Shown: positions 37,127-50,439, numbered from the stretch's first letter. The stretch is DNA of 64,000 nucleotides from Lama glama (GCA_028534125.1 CM052817.1:53570001-53634000); one strand, 5' to 3'. A program made the numbers and translations. Notes: generated by a model not told the origin, from the letters alone.

Positions 37127-39209
37127 ATACTTAGAAAATTCTCCAATCCATTTTCACTTTCTCAGTAAGGAAACTTGATGATCCTTAACCGGTGTTAAAA
37201 TCGTTCTCTCTATTCTGATCTGGAATGGATTTCTCTATAAAAGTTTCAAGGCATCACTTCTGTTACAGCTTATAGTTTTCTGTTTGTAATAGGATGTGTA
37301 TTTATTATTTTAAGGAGCTTATTACAATTTGCAAACTTATTTGTTGAAAGGAAAGAAATCAAGTGCCAGTTCTTAAAAAGCTGATGTAGTAGAGTCCTTG
37401 TTGAGGACCAAGAGAGCATGTCATTCTGCATCTTTCCCCAGCAGTGAGTGGGGATGGGAAAGGTTGGGCAGGTCTGATATGACTGTGCCTCTACAGAGAG
37501 GAATCAGCGGTACTGAATGCCATCCTTGAATGGTAGCCAAGTGAAACCTTGTCTGATCTCTTGGGATGAATGGCATCAGTTAAGGCATCTTGGTGGACTC
37601 TCTGGTATAGCACATAAAAGTTGGCAGGGCTTATAAAGATGATGTCTATGTATGTTGTTAAAAACCTCAGAAGACCCAAGGTTGCAATCTAACTGACACT
37701 ATCACTAGGGGAACCTAGCATAAACAAGGTACAATTCTTTATTTTCAAAAGATCATGCTAGCTTCTCCTGGGAACTAGAGCCTAGACAGATTTCATGCAC
37801 TGAAGATAACGAAGGCTCACCTATGGCAACATGTAGAAGTTGTGACGAGAACTCAGAAAAACACAACAAAGTGAATTCATAACAATGTGGAAGGTGGACT
37901 GACTTCTCACATTTTGAAAGCCCTTGAGGTTTCTTGGACAATCAGGCAAGAAGGGAGCCCTACACAACTACTTCTATAATTCTAGAGACTTGAGCAGAAT
38001 TTAATTGTATTTAAGGATTAATTAAACAAATAAGACTTATATGTAATTCAGAAACCAATATTATTCTTTCCTTCTCAGTGCTCATTCAAATCCACCCTTT
38101 AAGCCTGGTTCTTTGCTGTCACTGAGTGAAATCTTGGGCAGGCCTTGAAACTTACCTCCAGATTCAGAAAATAAAAGCTCTCTGTTCACTTTTAGTTATG
38201 AGCCTCATCTCATTTATATAATTAAAATATCCATTACATATAATAGTCAGAACTCTGAATTATATTTTGAGTTTAAGTTTCTCTTCTTTCCTAACTTGCA
38301 CATTATGGTAATAGGAAGGTCATATATGGCTAGTACTGTCAGGAGGGTCACAGTACATTCTGGACCAGGGAGATATTTCAAGCTATCACTTTCTTTCATG
38401 GAGTAATGTTATGGTCTCTGGGTTCTTTCCCATTACTTGAGATGTCCTATGTCTTTAGATCATGTCTAAGTTCAGCCCACAGCCAGCTTTCTCTTGTGCA
38501 TGTGGCCCTGATTTGGTCAACAAGAAACATACAGTCTTGGTCTATTGTGTTGGGAGTCAGAATGCAGTTCTTGTCCTAATGCAGCACTCTGTTCTGCTGC
38601 TATTGGCCACTTTCATCAGCCTCTTGCCTCTAAACTTTTTGAGGGGAAAATATGAGGGGAAAGTGTTTAGATATGCATTTAATACCAGTTCACTATGCTC
38701 CTGAACTGTAGGCAGCATAAATCAAGACTATCACCCGTGACTTGAAATGAGGTGAAGCACAATCCCTCCTACCCCTTTTTAAACTAGTATAAGCCTCTCC
38801 TGAAAAAAATCTTCCAACTCCCAAGCTCAACGTTTGAGGTTGAGGTAGATGCTGAACCAAGAATTACAAAATTGAGATTCGCCCTTTTCATTTGTATGCC
38901 TGGCATAAGTGTATAGCACCACTCCACTTTGGAAGGCCAGAGCACTTGCCACCTAATTATTTTATACTTGGTCTTCTGGGGCCATTTGGGCATTCTGTAA
39001 TGCAGACAAATCACTCAGTACAATGGCACTCACACCTTAAGTTAGTAGAACTGATCGTATCAGTTTCCTTCCTTGTGATATGTTATCCAAAATGGTGGCT
39101 GCCAGCTTCTTCAACTGAAAAAATGGCTAAGTATTACTGCAGTCTTTAATTTCAGCTTTCATTAACTGTTTGTGTTGATTACAAGCTATATTCTGTCTTC
39201 CCTAGTCAG

Positions 39210-39251
39210 CATTATCATCATCATCAGCAGCATCATCATCATCATCATCAT
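39210..39251. repeat. (CAT)n/(CAG)n trinucleotide repeat
   Basis: cattatcatcatcatcagcagcatcatcatcatcatcatcat. Confidence 0.9.
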
Positions 39252-39325
39252 AGTTTTGCCTACTGTGATGATGATAGAGATGTTTAAATTCCTTTGGCAG
39301 AAAGATTCATTTCTTGCTTGAGGTA

Positions 39326-39705
39326 TGTTATGAGCTGAGTTATGTCACTCCAAAATTCTTATGTTGAAGTACTAACCCTTTAGTACCTCAGAATGTGACT
39401 ATATTGCAGATAGAGCTGTTAAAGAAGTAATTAAAGTTAAATGAGGTCATTTGGGTTGGCCCTAATTCATTGTGACTGGTGTCCTTATAAGAAGCAAAGA
39501 TTTAGAACACAGACAGGCACAGAGGAAAGACCATGTTGAAGACACAAAGATGGGTATCTATAAGCTAAAGAGAGAGGGCTCAAAATAAATCAGCCCTGCT
39601 GACACCTTGATCTTGGACTTCTAGCCTCCAAAACTGTGAAACAATTAATTTCTGTTGTTTAAGCCATGCAGTATTTTGTTATGGCAGCCCTACCAAACCA
39701 ATACA
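39326..39705 (+). mobile_element. MLT1B-like MaLR solo LTR, full length
   Basis: tgttatgagctgagttatgtc ... gtccttataagaag ... gacaccttgatcttggacttctagcctcca ... accaataca. Confidence 0.92.
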
Positions 39706-41319
39706 AGATCAAAGCGGAAAACACATCCACATTGGCCAAACAGGGAGGGACATCATGATATTTCTTTTGCAAGCCCACTAAAATTGCCTTCTTTCTCAGT
39801 CTTCATACTACAGCAACTCAGGAAGGGCTTTTATTTAATCATTTCAGACTCACTGTCATATAGCTCTGACTGTCTCTGTATCACAAGCAATGAGTACTTA
39901 CAAGTACCAATATCTTCCTTTAAAGAAAAAGAGAGACATTTTATTACAAACAAGGTATATTTTTGTAAAGGCAAAATAATTTAACTTATTAAAATTCTGT
40001 TAAATTTAAAATACTTGTGTAAAAATTATTCAAGCTAGAAATGTGTAAGAAGGGAACGGAGGTTCAACTGCTGTTAAATTTTGTGTAATATGTGAACAAT
40101 GAGGTAAGTAAAGATCTGTTTTCTTAATTCCACATATTTGATTAATTACAAATGTTTACACAGATCAAAATGAACTTTTATTGCTCACTTAAATATGTTG
40201 GTTTGTGTGGACATGCCTCATCTTTACTTTCAACAAGTAAGATAATAGGGTAAATCAGAATTTTTGCCACTTTAAATAATAGTAAAGATAAATTGTGGAT
40301 AAATAATTTATAACAACAAGTAGTTCTCTTATCTGAAAGAAGTATTTCATTTCCTAATGTGTTCAAAGATAATATATTCAGCAAAGTCATCAGTTTAGGT
40401 CTTGAATTAACATTATCCAAAATAAAGTGATTCTCTGAGCCAAGAAAAGTCTTCCTAAATTTTTTCCCTAACAATAAAGGCAATTATTTCTTTAAAATAG
40501 TTCACAGAATTAGGGAAGAGACCTAGCTCTGGAATATAAGGTCTTTTATTCCATGAATAATACTAATGAAGTTTAAGAGTGAGGAACTAATTATTACATA
40601 ATCGATTCTCTCACACACACATTTCCGTATCTTCTCTGTGGTAAAGGCATTTCATATTTCTAATGGCATAAGTATTAGAATTCAAAGAAATCATTTCATG
40701 TTCGTTTCTAAAGACAAGACTTCTCTTCTGAAGTTAGTGATGTTCATAATTGATCCTTTTCGAGATCAATTTCTTTGGTAAGGTAACATTTGTTTAAGTA
40801 AGGTCAGATCTTTTAAAGATCCATGCATATTCAAGTTGATTTAAAGGTAGTTTTCTTTTCCAAAATCTAATGATTTCTAAGTAGCAAGCAGACATTTTAT
40901 AGTTGTTGAAATAAAATATATTCACATAGGCATTTGCAGAATAGAAACATGAGAACTGTAGCAATCTCTTAAATGGCAACAAAGCAATAAATATATTAAG
41001 CTGAAACACTATTGGGAAGAACATAGTAACACAACTTGAGAGATTATAAAGCAAATGAACAAGTTGGTATACCTTACATTTTATATGTACATCAGGACAA
41101 ATATTACTGGATTGATCCATCAGAATTCACAGGATTTAAGCCATGATATAATAGTAATCAGAGTGATGAAATTACATGCAGGTCATAGATGTTAGCATAT
41201 TGAGAAAACCTATCAATATTGTGTAAAAACCTGCCAAATGTAAGTCCTATATAAATTGAAATTAAGGCTTTTCTAGAAATCCTGGTGCTTAGTTATACTA
41301 TACTATCAACAAAATACTT

Positions 41320-42362
41320 CCCAGTCCCTGTAACTTGTCCTCCATTGCCTAGTGACTGGGCTTAAGTTCATGTTTGTATGTCCTCTTTAGTTGACATTTT
41401 TATTTTAAATATCTTTCTGAATGTTCAAGTGTTTTCTATGCTATTTTAACATTAAGATCATTTTAAAATTTGAATCTAGCAGATTTATCAGTCTTTTCCT
41501 TGTGATATGATTTTCATTTAGAAGGCTCATAAAGCCCTTCCTGATGCGAGATCAGCTAATTACCAGTGTTTTCTAGATTTTAAAAATTCATTTTTTAGTT
41601 TATGTGTTTTACTTTCAATACTTTAATTTATCTGGAATTTGGGTGTTCTGACTACAACAATGGTCACTTTTTCATGTTTTTGTTGAAAATTCTACTTTAT
41701 TCCTGGTAGTTTGTAATGATATCTTTATTATATACAGAGATATGATAAATACAATACATGTATGTATTGTGTTTTGTTTTGTGACAGTTTGTTCTTTTCT
41801 ATTGATCTGATTTCTAAACCTTGCTCACTACTATGCCATTTTCCTAATTGTACTGTTTTTATAATGTGATAACATGACTTCATGTCTGGTAGGGCAAATC
41901 TATCCTTGTTACAACTTAAAAAACATCTTATTATTCTGTTCTTATTATCTGTCCTAGTAATTTTGAGAATTGAGTTGAAGAGGGAAAAAAAGTTGGCATT
42001 TCATTATCTTTACACTAAGCTAATAAATTAATTTGGAAACAACTGATATTTTAAAAACATTCTATTCGCCATCCAAGAATATGGCATGTGTTTCCAATTA
42101 TTAAAATCTTTTCTTACATTTCTCAGGAGAGTTGTGTGAAGAGCTTCAAAAAAGTATCATGAAATTTTTAGAGTAATTTCTAAGTATAGTTTATTTGGGG
42201 GTAATTCCTGTTACTGTTTCTACATTTCAACTTCTGAGTGTACCTGGCATATTAAAGTGTATTTGGATTTTGTGCATCTGTCTTAAACATAATCAACACA
42301 GAAAATGTTCTCATTATTTCCAAGAATTTTCAGTTGATCTTTGGTTTTTCTAGTATATAATT
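41320..42362 (-). mobile_element. Very decayed L1M ORF2 fragment, antisense
   Basis: tttaatttatctggaattt, tctggtagggcaaatc, taaattaatttggaaacaactgatat, ttttcagttgat. Confidence 0.6.
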
Positions 42363-42480
42363 GTGGCAGAGGCTATATTTTTTCCTATATAGAGGTCATC
42401 CTAGCCTATCTTACTAAGAAACCCCTACTGTTTGTTATTTGATCTATCAATGCAGCTTTAAAAACTGACTTTCAGCCTTA

Positions 42481-42980
42481 NNNNNNNNNNNNNNNNNNNN
42501 NNNNNNNNNNNNNNNNNNNNNNNNNNNNNNNNNNNNNNNNNNNNNNNNNNNNNNNNNNNNNNNNNNNNNNNNNNNNNNNNNNNNNNNNNNNNNNNNNNNN
42601 NNNNNNNNNNNNNNNNNNNNNNNNNNNNNNNNNNNNNNNNNNNNNNNNNNNNNNNNNNNNNNNNNNNNNNNNNNNNNNNNNNNNNNNNNNNNNNNNNNNN
42701 NNNNNNNNNNNNNNNNNNNNNNNNNNNNNNNNNNNNNNNNNNNNNNNNNNNNNNNNNNNNNNNNNNNNNNNNNNNNNNNNNNNNNNNNNNNNNNNNNNNN
42801 NNNNNNNNNNNNNNNNNNNNNNNNNNNNNNNNNNNNNNNNNNNNNNNNNNNNNNNNNNNNNNNNNNNNNNNNNNNNNNNNNNNNNNNNNNNNNNNNNNNN
42901 NNNNNNNNNNNNNNNNNNNNNNNNNNNNNNNNNNNNNNNNNNNNNNNNNNNNNNNNNNNNNNNNNNNNNNNNNNNNNNNN
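42481..42980. other. Assembly gap (500 N)
   Basis: 500 consecutive N; the right contig starts in a poly-A tract. Confidence 0.99.
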
Positions 42981-44249
42981 AAAAAAAAAAAAGAAAGAAA
43001 ACTGATTTCTCTCTTCTCAGCTAGGGAAGAATTAAACTAGGCTGAAAATTAATGAGAAGAGCTGAGATAAGAAATAAGTGAGAACCCATGTAAAGATGTC
43101 TTTTGTTCAAATCTACTCTATCCCACTATCGCCCTCACCTCCTGCCAGGGAAGGCAGGCAAAAAAGAGCCCAGGAAAGTGATCTGCTAAGTATAGAGTGA
43201 CAGAATTGGCATCTGATGATCGGGAGATTTAATTTTTCCATCTTGCTCTCTCTCAGTATTTTGTCCTTGTCTGCAGGTGAGTTCTGCATAGAGTTGAAGA
43301 TAGCTACCACATTTTCAGCTATCTTCAAATGCCTATTCCAAACAATACCCACAGGAAATGTCTCTTTTGCAGAAGCCTTCCATCTCCTTCCTCTCACATT
43401 TCAACAGCCTAAATTTTTTCTTATGTCCAAAGCTAAAGCACTTATCCTGAAGAATGAAACCATCGACATGAGGCTTAAGCCAATGGGGCAAATGCTATAC
43501 TGGGCACTGGCATCCCAGGGAAAGGACATGCATGGTTTTTGTTGCTTTTTTTTTTCCAATGAGACTCTAGTAAACAACATAACAACATTTATATTGTTTA
43601 CTTTAATTCTGTGCCTACCACAAAATCCTGTAATGATAATTTGTCTTCTCATGTTGCTTGTCACAAGGGAGATCATATACAAGACAGAAATGCCTTGGCC
43701 CTTTCAGAGTTATTCTTTACTCTAAGGTAATAAGTTAGCTTGTTGATCTCATTAAGAAAGGGTAAGGAAGATGGTGTCACAATCAAAAATTCCTAAAGCA
43801 AGCTTTCTCAAACAAACCTCCTCCAAAGAAGTTTCCCAGGAGACTATACACAAGGTAGGAATAGAAAGTGAAAATAAAACTATGAGTTGATTAGGTGGGC
43901 TGCTATCAAATGCTTTCCAAAATAGAATTTGAGTAAAGATTAGGTAGAGCTCACCTTTAAAGCTAATGTGAGGCTTCTCTCTAGCTCTAATTTTAAATAA
44001 AAACATTGGGATTATACCATGTTCTGGTATACATCAGCTCTGTGCTGTAAGAACTTGAAATTTTGACAAGATTCTTAGAAAGTACGAATGCCACTGATTC
44101 TATACTTGATAAATGAAGGTATATATATTCAGATATATGTCAGTGAATCTAAGAAGTCATTAAATTTAAATATATTATTATTTCATGTACCACTAAGAAA
44201 ATAAAGCTACCAGTTAAAGCATAACATCATTTTCAAGAATTACAAAGGG

Positions 44250-44530
44250 TCCACGATTTTACTCAACTGGGAACCTAACAAGTTAGCTTTCCACAGTTTC
44301 ATGAATACTGGTAGAAGACATGAGACTCCTGGAACAGAGATGAAGAACAGTTTGCTACTCACAACATTAGCAATAAGCAGAGTGTCAGCTTTCTTGTGCC
44401 AATTCCCCACTTGCCAATTCCCATAGTGCAACATAAAGAGGCTCATATGACACCTATTCACATAGTGGTGTGCATGATCATAGAGGAACACTGAGTTACT
44501 GGAGCCTGAATCTTTTATAATTGGCAGCCA
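44250..44530 (-). mobile_element. ERVL-type LTR fragment (MER21/68/77-like)
   Basis: aagacatgagactcctggaacagagatgaagaacagtttgctactcaca resembles the antisense MER21-group 3' region. Confidence 0.5.
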
Positions 44531-44612
44531 TCTCAGATCAGCAATTTTTGGATCTCATTACCAAAAATATGTATCACTTATAACACGATAAGCATCAAAT
44601 AAGATAAAATGT

Positions 44613-44680
44613 ACCTGGGACATTATGCTATACACCAGAAATTAACATATTGTAACTGACTATACTTCAATAAAAAATAA
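44613..44680 (+). mobile_element. Very short L1 3' terminus with TSD, within a MIR remnant
   Basis: ttatgctatacaccagaaattaacatattgtaactgactatacttcaataaaaa; flanked by aaataagataaaatgt (44597-44612) and aaataaaataaaatgt (44681-44696). Confidence 0.75.
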
Positions 44681-45694
44681 AAATAAAATAAAATGTGTAA
44701 GTGTATGTGCAGGATAACTGGCACAGTAATGATAGTCTTTAATAAATGTTAGTTTTCCTTTATCCTTTCATATTTTCCCCTGTGAAATAGACACTCCCCA
44801 AATGCCACACCCTAACTCCCCAAACTCTATACACACCAGCTGCTTAAAACTTGACTTTCTCTTAACAGGGGCAGATACTGCATTTCAAAATTATATATAT
44901 TGCTAGTAAGTCAAATACTTGCCCTCTATAAGGTAACTAATGAACAGAATAGGTAGGTTTGAGGAGGCAAGTACATCTGTAAATGAAGGGAACATGGACA
45001 AACAGTGAGAAAATATTCAGAAAGTAAAACTGTAGTCACAAGGGACAAATGTATTTTATTTTTCAGCTTAGCATTTACGTGAGCCTAAACTAGTAACCAG
45101 ACACATAACCTCTTTTGGAAAGGAAGCCATGGAAAACTTTGGTCCAAATCCAACCAGGAACAATCAGGAAATTCCTAACTCAGACTGAATAATTAATTCA
45201 ATCAGCTAACCAAATGCTCTGTTAATGAGCACAATGAAATTGTAAATGAATGAAGGATCGAATAAATGAATAAACAAATAGACAATTAAATACAGTACTG
45301 TACTTTAGCCTGTCACTCTTTTATCACAGTTGGGAAGATGTGCTTATATCTCTATTTGAAGGCTAGAAATCTTTTTAGTATACTTATTTACTATGTTTTA
45401 TCAAGTCCAGTAGATTTGAAGTAATTATATAATATTTCAAAGTAAGTATAGATAATTGATGGCTGATTTTTTTTAATTTTATAATTAAGCCATTGCTCCA
45501 TAATTTCTTTAAATGTTCACCCCAAATATATTGGGTTAGTTTTGAAGGCACCAGTGACACATTTCCAAGTTATGAGCTTATTAACCAGGAACATTAGGTT
45601 GGTTATTTGTTTTATCCTGCTTTATTATTTACATGTAATGCAAACCCAAAGTATCATTGCTCAAGTTACCCTTTTCTACAATGTCTTCTTTTAA

Positions 45695-45830
45695 TTTTTT
45701 TTTTGGGGGGGGAAGGGGAGGTAATTCAGTTTATTTATTTATTTATTTATTTCACAGAGGTACTGGGGATTGAACCTAGGACCTTGCGCATGCTAAGTAC
45801 ACACTATACCACTAAGCTATATCCTCCTCC
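45695..45830 (-). mobile_element. tRNA-derived camelid-type SINE (Vic-1-like) with 20-bp TSD
   Basis: ggtactggggattgaacctaggaccttgcgcatgctaag...actaagctata is the antisense of the 16305 element; TSD tctacaatgtct[t/c]cttttaa at 45675-45694 and 45831-45850. Confidence 0.93.
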
Positions 45831-47370
45831 TCTACAATGTCTCCTTTTAAAGGAAAATATTTCTAGTAAGTTTCAAGTATTGCTAAAAATTATTTCAATT
45901 TTTTTAATGCCATCCAGTATTCACCATAGATAGTAACCTTTCATAATCTCTATGGTACACTTACAGAAATATGCCTCAATAACATATGCCTGTACACATA
46001 TAAGATTACATACGTGTCAAGAAAACATTTTAAATAACTATGAACTCAATATTCAGTTTATCATCATACTTTATAGCAGTGTTTTATAGAAATTTTGACA
46101 TCACTAATGGCCACAAAAATGTCATTCATAACTATAGAAACTTTCAAAGATAAGATGATCTGTTTTGAATACAATGGCGCCCTCCGCCTCTATCCATCAG
46201 CTGTAGTCTTTGGTTGTAGATACGGTCTCACTAGAAATTAAGAATACGATGCCTCCAATTAAGGCAATTTTCCTTGTTAATTTAGTAAATTTAGTAAATC
46301 AAAACCTTCTTGTCATGTGTGTTTCTCAACATTTCTATGTTAACACTCAGGTCTCTAGTCATTTACTGTCTGTATGCCCTTTTTCTTTCTTACTAGTGGT
46401 TTCCATCTCTGTCAGTCAATTATTCTTTAAAACAGCCGTTTCAAAACGGATTGCTTTCTATTTCAACATTGTACAATCCAGAAGGGCACATTCCTGTCAA
46501 TATGGCAATAAAAGGAAGAAAAGAAGCAGGAAAACACACACTCACACATACACACACACATGCCAGAAACATACACACATCCACACAGAGTCACAAACTC
46601 ACAAGACAATATCCAAGGTAGTCATGAGAAAAAAATTCAGTTGTGCCACTTTTCCCCTCCCCAGTATTAAAAATTTCCTGCTTAGCTGCCTTCCTTCCAA
46701 CTAACTAAATACCCCGTGGGATAAAATGATCCTTAGGCAGAGTTTCTATCAGACGGAGAAGGTAATAAATTGACAGTCGGCTTCTAAATCAAAAGGTTAG
46801 AGAAGACAGTGTGTATCTGCTGGCCTAAGGCAAGAGTGAGAAACTCTTATGCCAGCCCATGCAGACACCCTCATGAAAATGTGCTTAAGGTTTTCCAAAT
46901 GAAATCCCGACTAGCCTGACAAATCCCTGCTGTGAAAGCCACAGCCCACACAGTCTACAGTCGCTGCTCACAATGTCGCTACCTCATCTGTCTTGTCAGA
47001 AAGACAGCCCCTCATTGAACATGGGCTTATTGAGTGCTACACTTGAGCACAAAGACAAGTGATGCCTTTACACCCCATTCCTTCAGGAAGCCTGGTGTTA
47101 AGTATCTGGCTTCATGTTTATAACAAAATTCAGGAGGGTAATTTCAAATGATACTCTTGCATCAAGAAATTAGAAGCAGGTGGTATGAAATAGACCATTT
47201 AATATCTTTTAAGGTTAATTCGTACCCCAATATCTTCATGTGTGTTGTTTCCCTCCCTGGAATGAATGCCCTTTCACCTCTTTGCTTGTTCTTTGGAGCC
47301 ATTATGAAACTCACATCCTCCATGAAGTCTTCCCCAAATGTTTTTAACCATGTTGAATTCTCTCACCCTT

Positions 47371-47541
47371 TTTTTTTCTTCTTTATTGAAGTATAGTTGA
47401 TTTACAATGTTGTGTTAGTTTCTGTTATACAGCACAGTGGTTCAGCTATACATATATAGATGTTCTTTTTCATAATAGGCTATTACAAGATATCAAATAT
47501 AGTTCCCTGTGCTATACAGTAGGTCCTTGTTGTTTCTGTAT
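47371..47541 (-). mobile_element. Short L1 3' end with TSD
   Basis: tttattgaagtatagttgatttacaatgttgtgttagtttctg ... tagttccctgtgctatacagtaggtccttg; flanked by ttctctca[c/t]cctt at 47358-47370 and 47542-47554. Confidence 0.88.
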
Positions 47542-47689
47542 TTCTCTCATCCTTGAACCTAGACTGATGATCTAAAAAGTGCACTGTACTATTCAGTCTT
47601 TTTCTAGTTATTTCACTCTCTAATTAAATGATAACTTCTACGAAAAGAAAGAATTACCTTTGTAAAAAAATTGTTAATGTCTTTTCTTT

Positions 47690-48010
47690 AGATACTCTTC
47701 TTAGTTCAAAGAAAAACAAGACACTTGTTCACACAGCAGTTACTTTTTATTTGAAGGAGACAAACAACATGTAATGAAATAAAATATATTCAGAGCATCT
47801 CAGGTGACATACAGAAATGAAAACATAGTGATGTGACGGAAGTGATGAAGAGGCATTATTTTATATTTGGAAATTAAGAAAAGCCTTTCAAAGGAAGTGA
47901 TTTGTGAGCTGAGTCCTAACTTAGGAGAAAAAGTTGAGCAGGCATCGATCTAGAAGAGTGTGCACCAGGCAGAAGGGAGAACAGGTTACTCATTGGTAGA
48001 TTAAATTTTG
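47690..48010 (-). mobile_element. L2 fragment
   Basis: aagcctttcaaaggaagtgatttgtgagctgag ... ccaggcagaaggga. Confidence 0.6.
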
Positions 48011-48605
48011 TTTCCTTCAGAGAGAAAAATGTTTAGCTGTATCTCAACAATTCGGTCCCCATTATAACTCTTGCCTCGTTAGCCCTACCTCTAGCTCTCC
48101 AGTTTATCTTTTTAATCTCTCCAATTATGTTTGCTTATCTCTTCCTCACCTTCAGGAGCAGTAAATAATGTAAGAGTGGAGTTGATCCAATCTAAAGTAA
48201 TATCAGGAGGAAAGAGATTAGGGAGGAAAATGGACCTTAATAAAAATTAATTAAAAAATGAGAAAAGGAAATAGACAGATCTGACAAACAAGGGAGGTTT
48301 TCCATGAATATGGAAGAGCAAAATGATTGGAAGAAAACTGTATCTGTCCCATTCAATACACACTGTTGTTTCATGGTGCTTGTTCAGCCAGAAGCGCAGC
48401 AGAATGTTTGAATCATACCATTCTATGCAGACCAGAGATTAGCTCAAACTGTTTCTTAGCAAGCCAAACAGTACATTTTAACAGTAAACATTTTAACATT
48501 ACCTAATGAACTAGAACACAATTAAAGTTTGCTTTAAATACTTCTTTGGGGGAAGTGATACTACATTCTATTCAATTAAGTGAGAAAACGAAGTCCCAAC
48601 TTTTA

Positions 48606-49138
48606 CAATCCAGGTTTGTGGTTGTTTTGTTTGTTTAAAACCCATTATGCCAGGAATTCATAAGGAACAGATTCCAGCAGCTCAGGCTCCTTCCCGCTAG
48701 TTCTCACAAAGTGTGCTTCTCTTCGGGGAGCAGGCTGGGGCTTCAAGTGAACCCAGGTCCCTTTCTCTTCGGCTTCCTTCTTTACTGATCATTTTCCTTC
48801 ACAAGTTTCAGGAAGCTATTTCTGCTGCTATAGATTGTACGAGCATCAATCCTCTTGGCAAGAATCTTGCCCTTAACGTGTTTGTTTACAGTGATGCCAG
48901 CAAGTCTGCTAAGTATACTCTGGACTCTTCCGGTTTTGCCCTGGTAACATTTGTTGGTTATTCCTTTTGAGCAGTGCCCAGCCTTGAGGTCTACAGAATC
49001 ACCTTTCTTGTAGGTTTGCGTGTATGTTGCCAAAAGAACACCTCCATGTTTTCTAAAAGGCCTAGAAAACACATAGCAGGTGCCTCTCCTCTTTCTCTTT
49101 GGGTTAGTCATTTAGATGGCAGTTCCCAGCTAAAAGAG
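48606..49138 (-). pseudogene. RPL21: RPL21 (60S ribosomal protein L21/eL21) processed pseudogene
   Basis: ORF 49111-48782 ([23 protein letters not shown]...KGKILAKRI...VKENDQ*) matches RPL21. Premature TAA at 48782-48784. Homology continues to ...PYEFLA* (TAA 48645-48647). Intronless, with a pyrimidine-rich 5' end. Degenerate TSD agtcc..tttta at 48592-48605 and 49137-49150 (11/14). Confidence 0.96.
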
Positions 49139-50051
49139 TCCAATGTTTTAATACAAATTTTGAAAAAGTACTTACTGTTTCATTGTAATTTTGAGGGTAG
49201 CTCATGGAAATGTAGCCATGAGATGCCACACTTAGGGAAGACAGGCCAAGCAAAGATGTCGAAATGAAACCCAAAGCTCTTGTCTGCATAAGACAATCAT
49301 AAACGTGGCCTTTATAGATCTGACTGTATCTTTTGACTGATGTAATTTAGGATTATCATCCATTTAACATTATATACCGTCATTGTGGTACCTCCAGGTG
49401 ACTGACATTCTTACAATTCCAAATCATCACCCTTTATGTGCCACTACCCCTCCTCTTGATTAATTCATTCACAAATACTATGTGCATGTGTATTTTAACC
49501 AGCTCAGGAGAAGAAAATGAACCTATGCTGTGCTAGCTGAATAGGGAAGTGAGGTATCAGGAGGGGTTCCTCTGACTACGAAAGTAATTATTTGTTTGGC
49601 TTTTGGTTTTTGTTTTTTCTTTGTGTAGCTTCAGATCAGGCAAGTCCTTTCAGCAAATAGTTTAAACTGCACACTTTAATATTTATTCAGGAAAGTGGAT
49701 GCAAGATTTATAGCACAATAAAATGTCAATTGGTATCATACTCTGTTGGTCATAATTATTATTGAGAACTACTTAACTAGGTATTTCACATTTCATATCT
49801 TCATTAAACACTTGTAGTTCTTGCTCTCTTCTAACTCTCCCATATCTCTCAGATGGGAGAATTGCTTAATAATATTTTCATTTTATTTCCTAGAAGCGTG
49901 AGGGCTATTTATAATTGAAGTTCATTGATATGATTTAAAGCTTTCTCCAAAGAACCAAAAGGAAATGAAGATGTCTTTAGTAATTTAAATAAGGGTTCAC
50001 GCTATAAACAAGCCTGTTTAAAAGGTTACATGTATACCTTAAAGAGTTTTA

Positions 50052-50265
50052 CAGTTACCAGGGGTTATAAGGGATTGGAACAGATAAATTGGGAATTTGA
50101 AAACTGTACCTCTTGAGGAGTGATGGAAATGTTAGGAATCTTGATTGTGGTGGTGGTTTCATGGCTGTATGCATCTATTAAAATGCATCAAATTGTATAC
50201 CTGAAATAAGTGTAGTTTACTGTACCAGAACCATACTACAGTAAAGGTGTTTTTTAAAAAAAAAT
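50052..50265 (+). mobile_element. L1 3' end (same tail type as 34968-35140)
   Basis: cagttaccagggg...gataaattgggaatttga followed by gagtgatggaaatgttagg...cttgattgtggtggtggtttc...agtaaaggtg and an A-tract. Confidence 0.8.
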
Positions 50266-50439
50266 TTTTTTTTTTTTTGCCCATTACAGTTCTAGAAATA
50301 TTGATTTCTTTAAATAGTTATAGAAACCTGCCAAGTACACAGAACTAGAGGGGGCATTTTAGATGAGGGAAGAGCAGGTATAAAAATAAAAGTTATGAAA
50401 TCTTTGAACTATTACAATAACATATATACACAACATAAC

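Noticed and set aside
40749..40772. Short inverted repeat aattgatc...gatcaatt (similar 8-bp stems near 8847 and 45923)
   Set aside because: 8-bp AT-rich arms are expected by chance in a window this size.
43216..43725. Longest ORF (169 aa) with a hydrophobic N-terminus
   Set aside because: I see no recognisable homology or codon bias, it lies partly in repeat-like sequence, and this length is plausible by chance in 64 kb.
46210..46704. 164-aa ORF
   Set aside because: Non-ATG start, runs through a (CA)n-like tract, and has no recognisable domain.
48782..49111. Functional RPL21 CDS
   Set aside because: Premature stop, internal indels, many substitutions in a highly conserved protein, and no introns.
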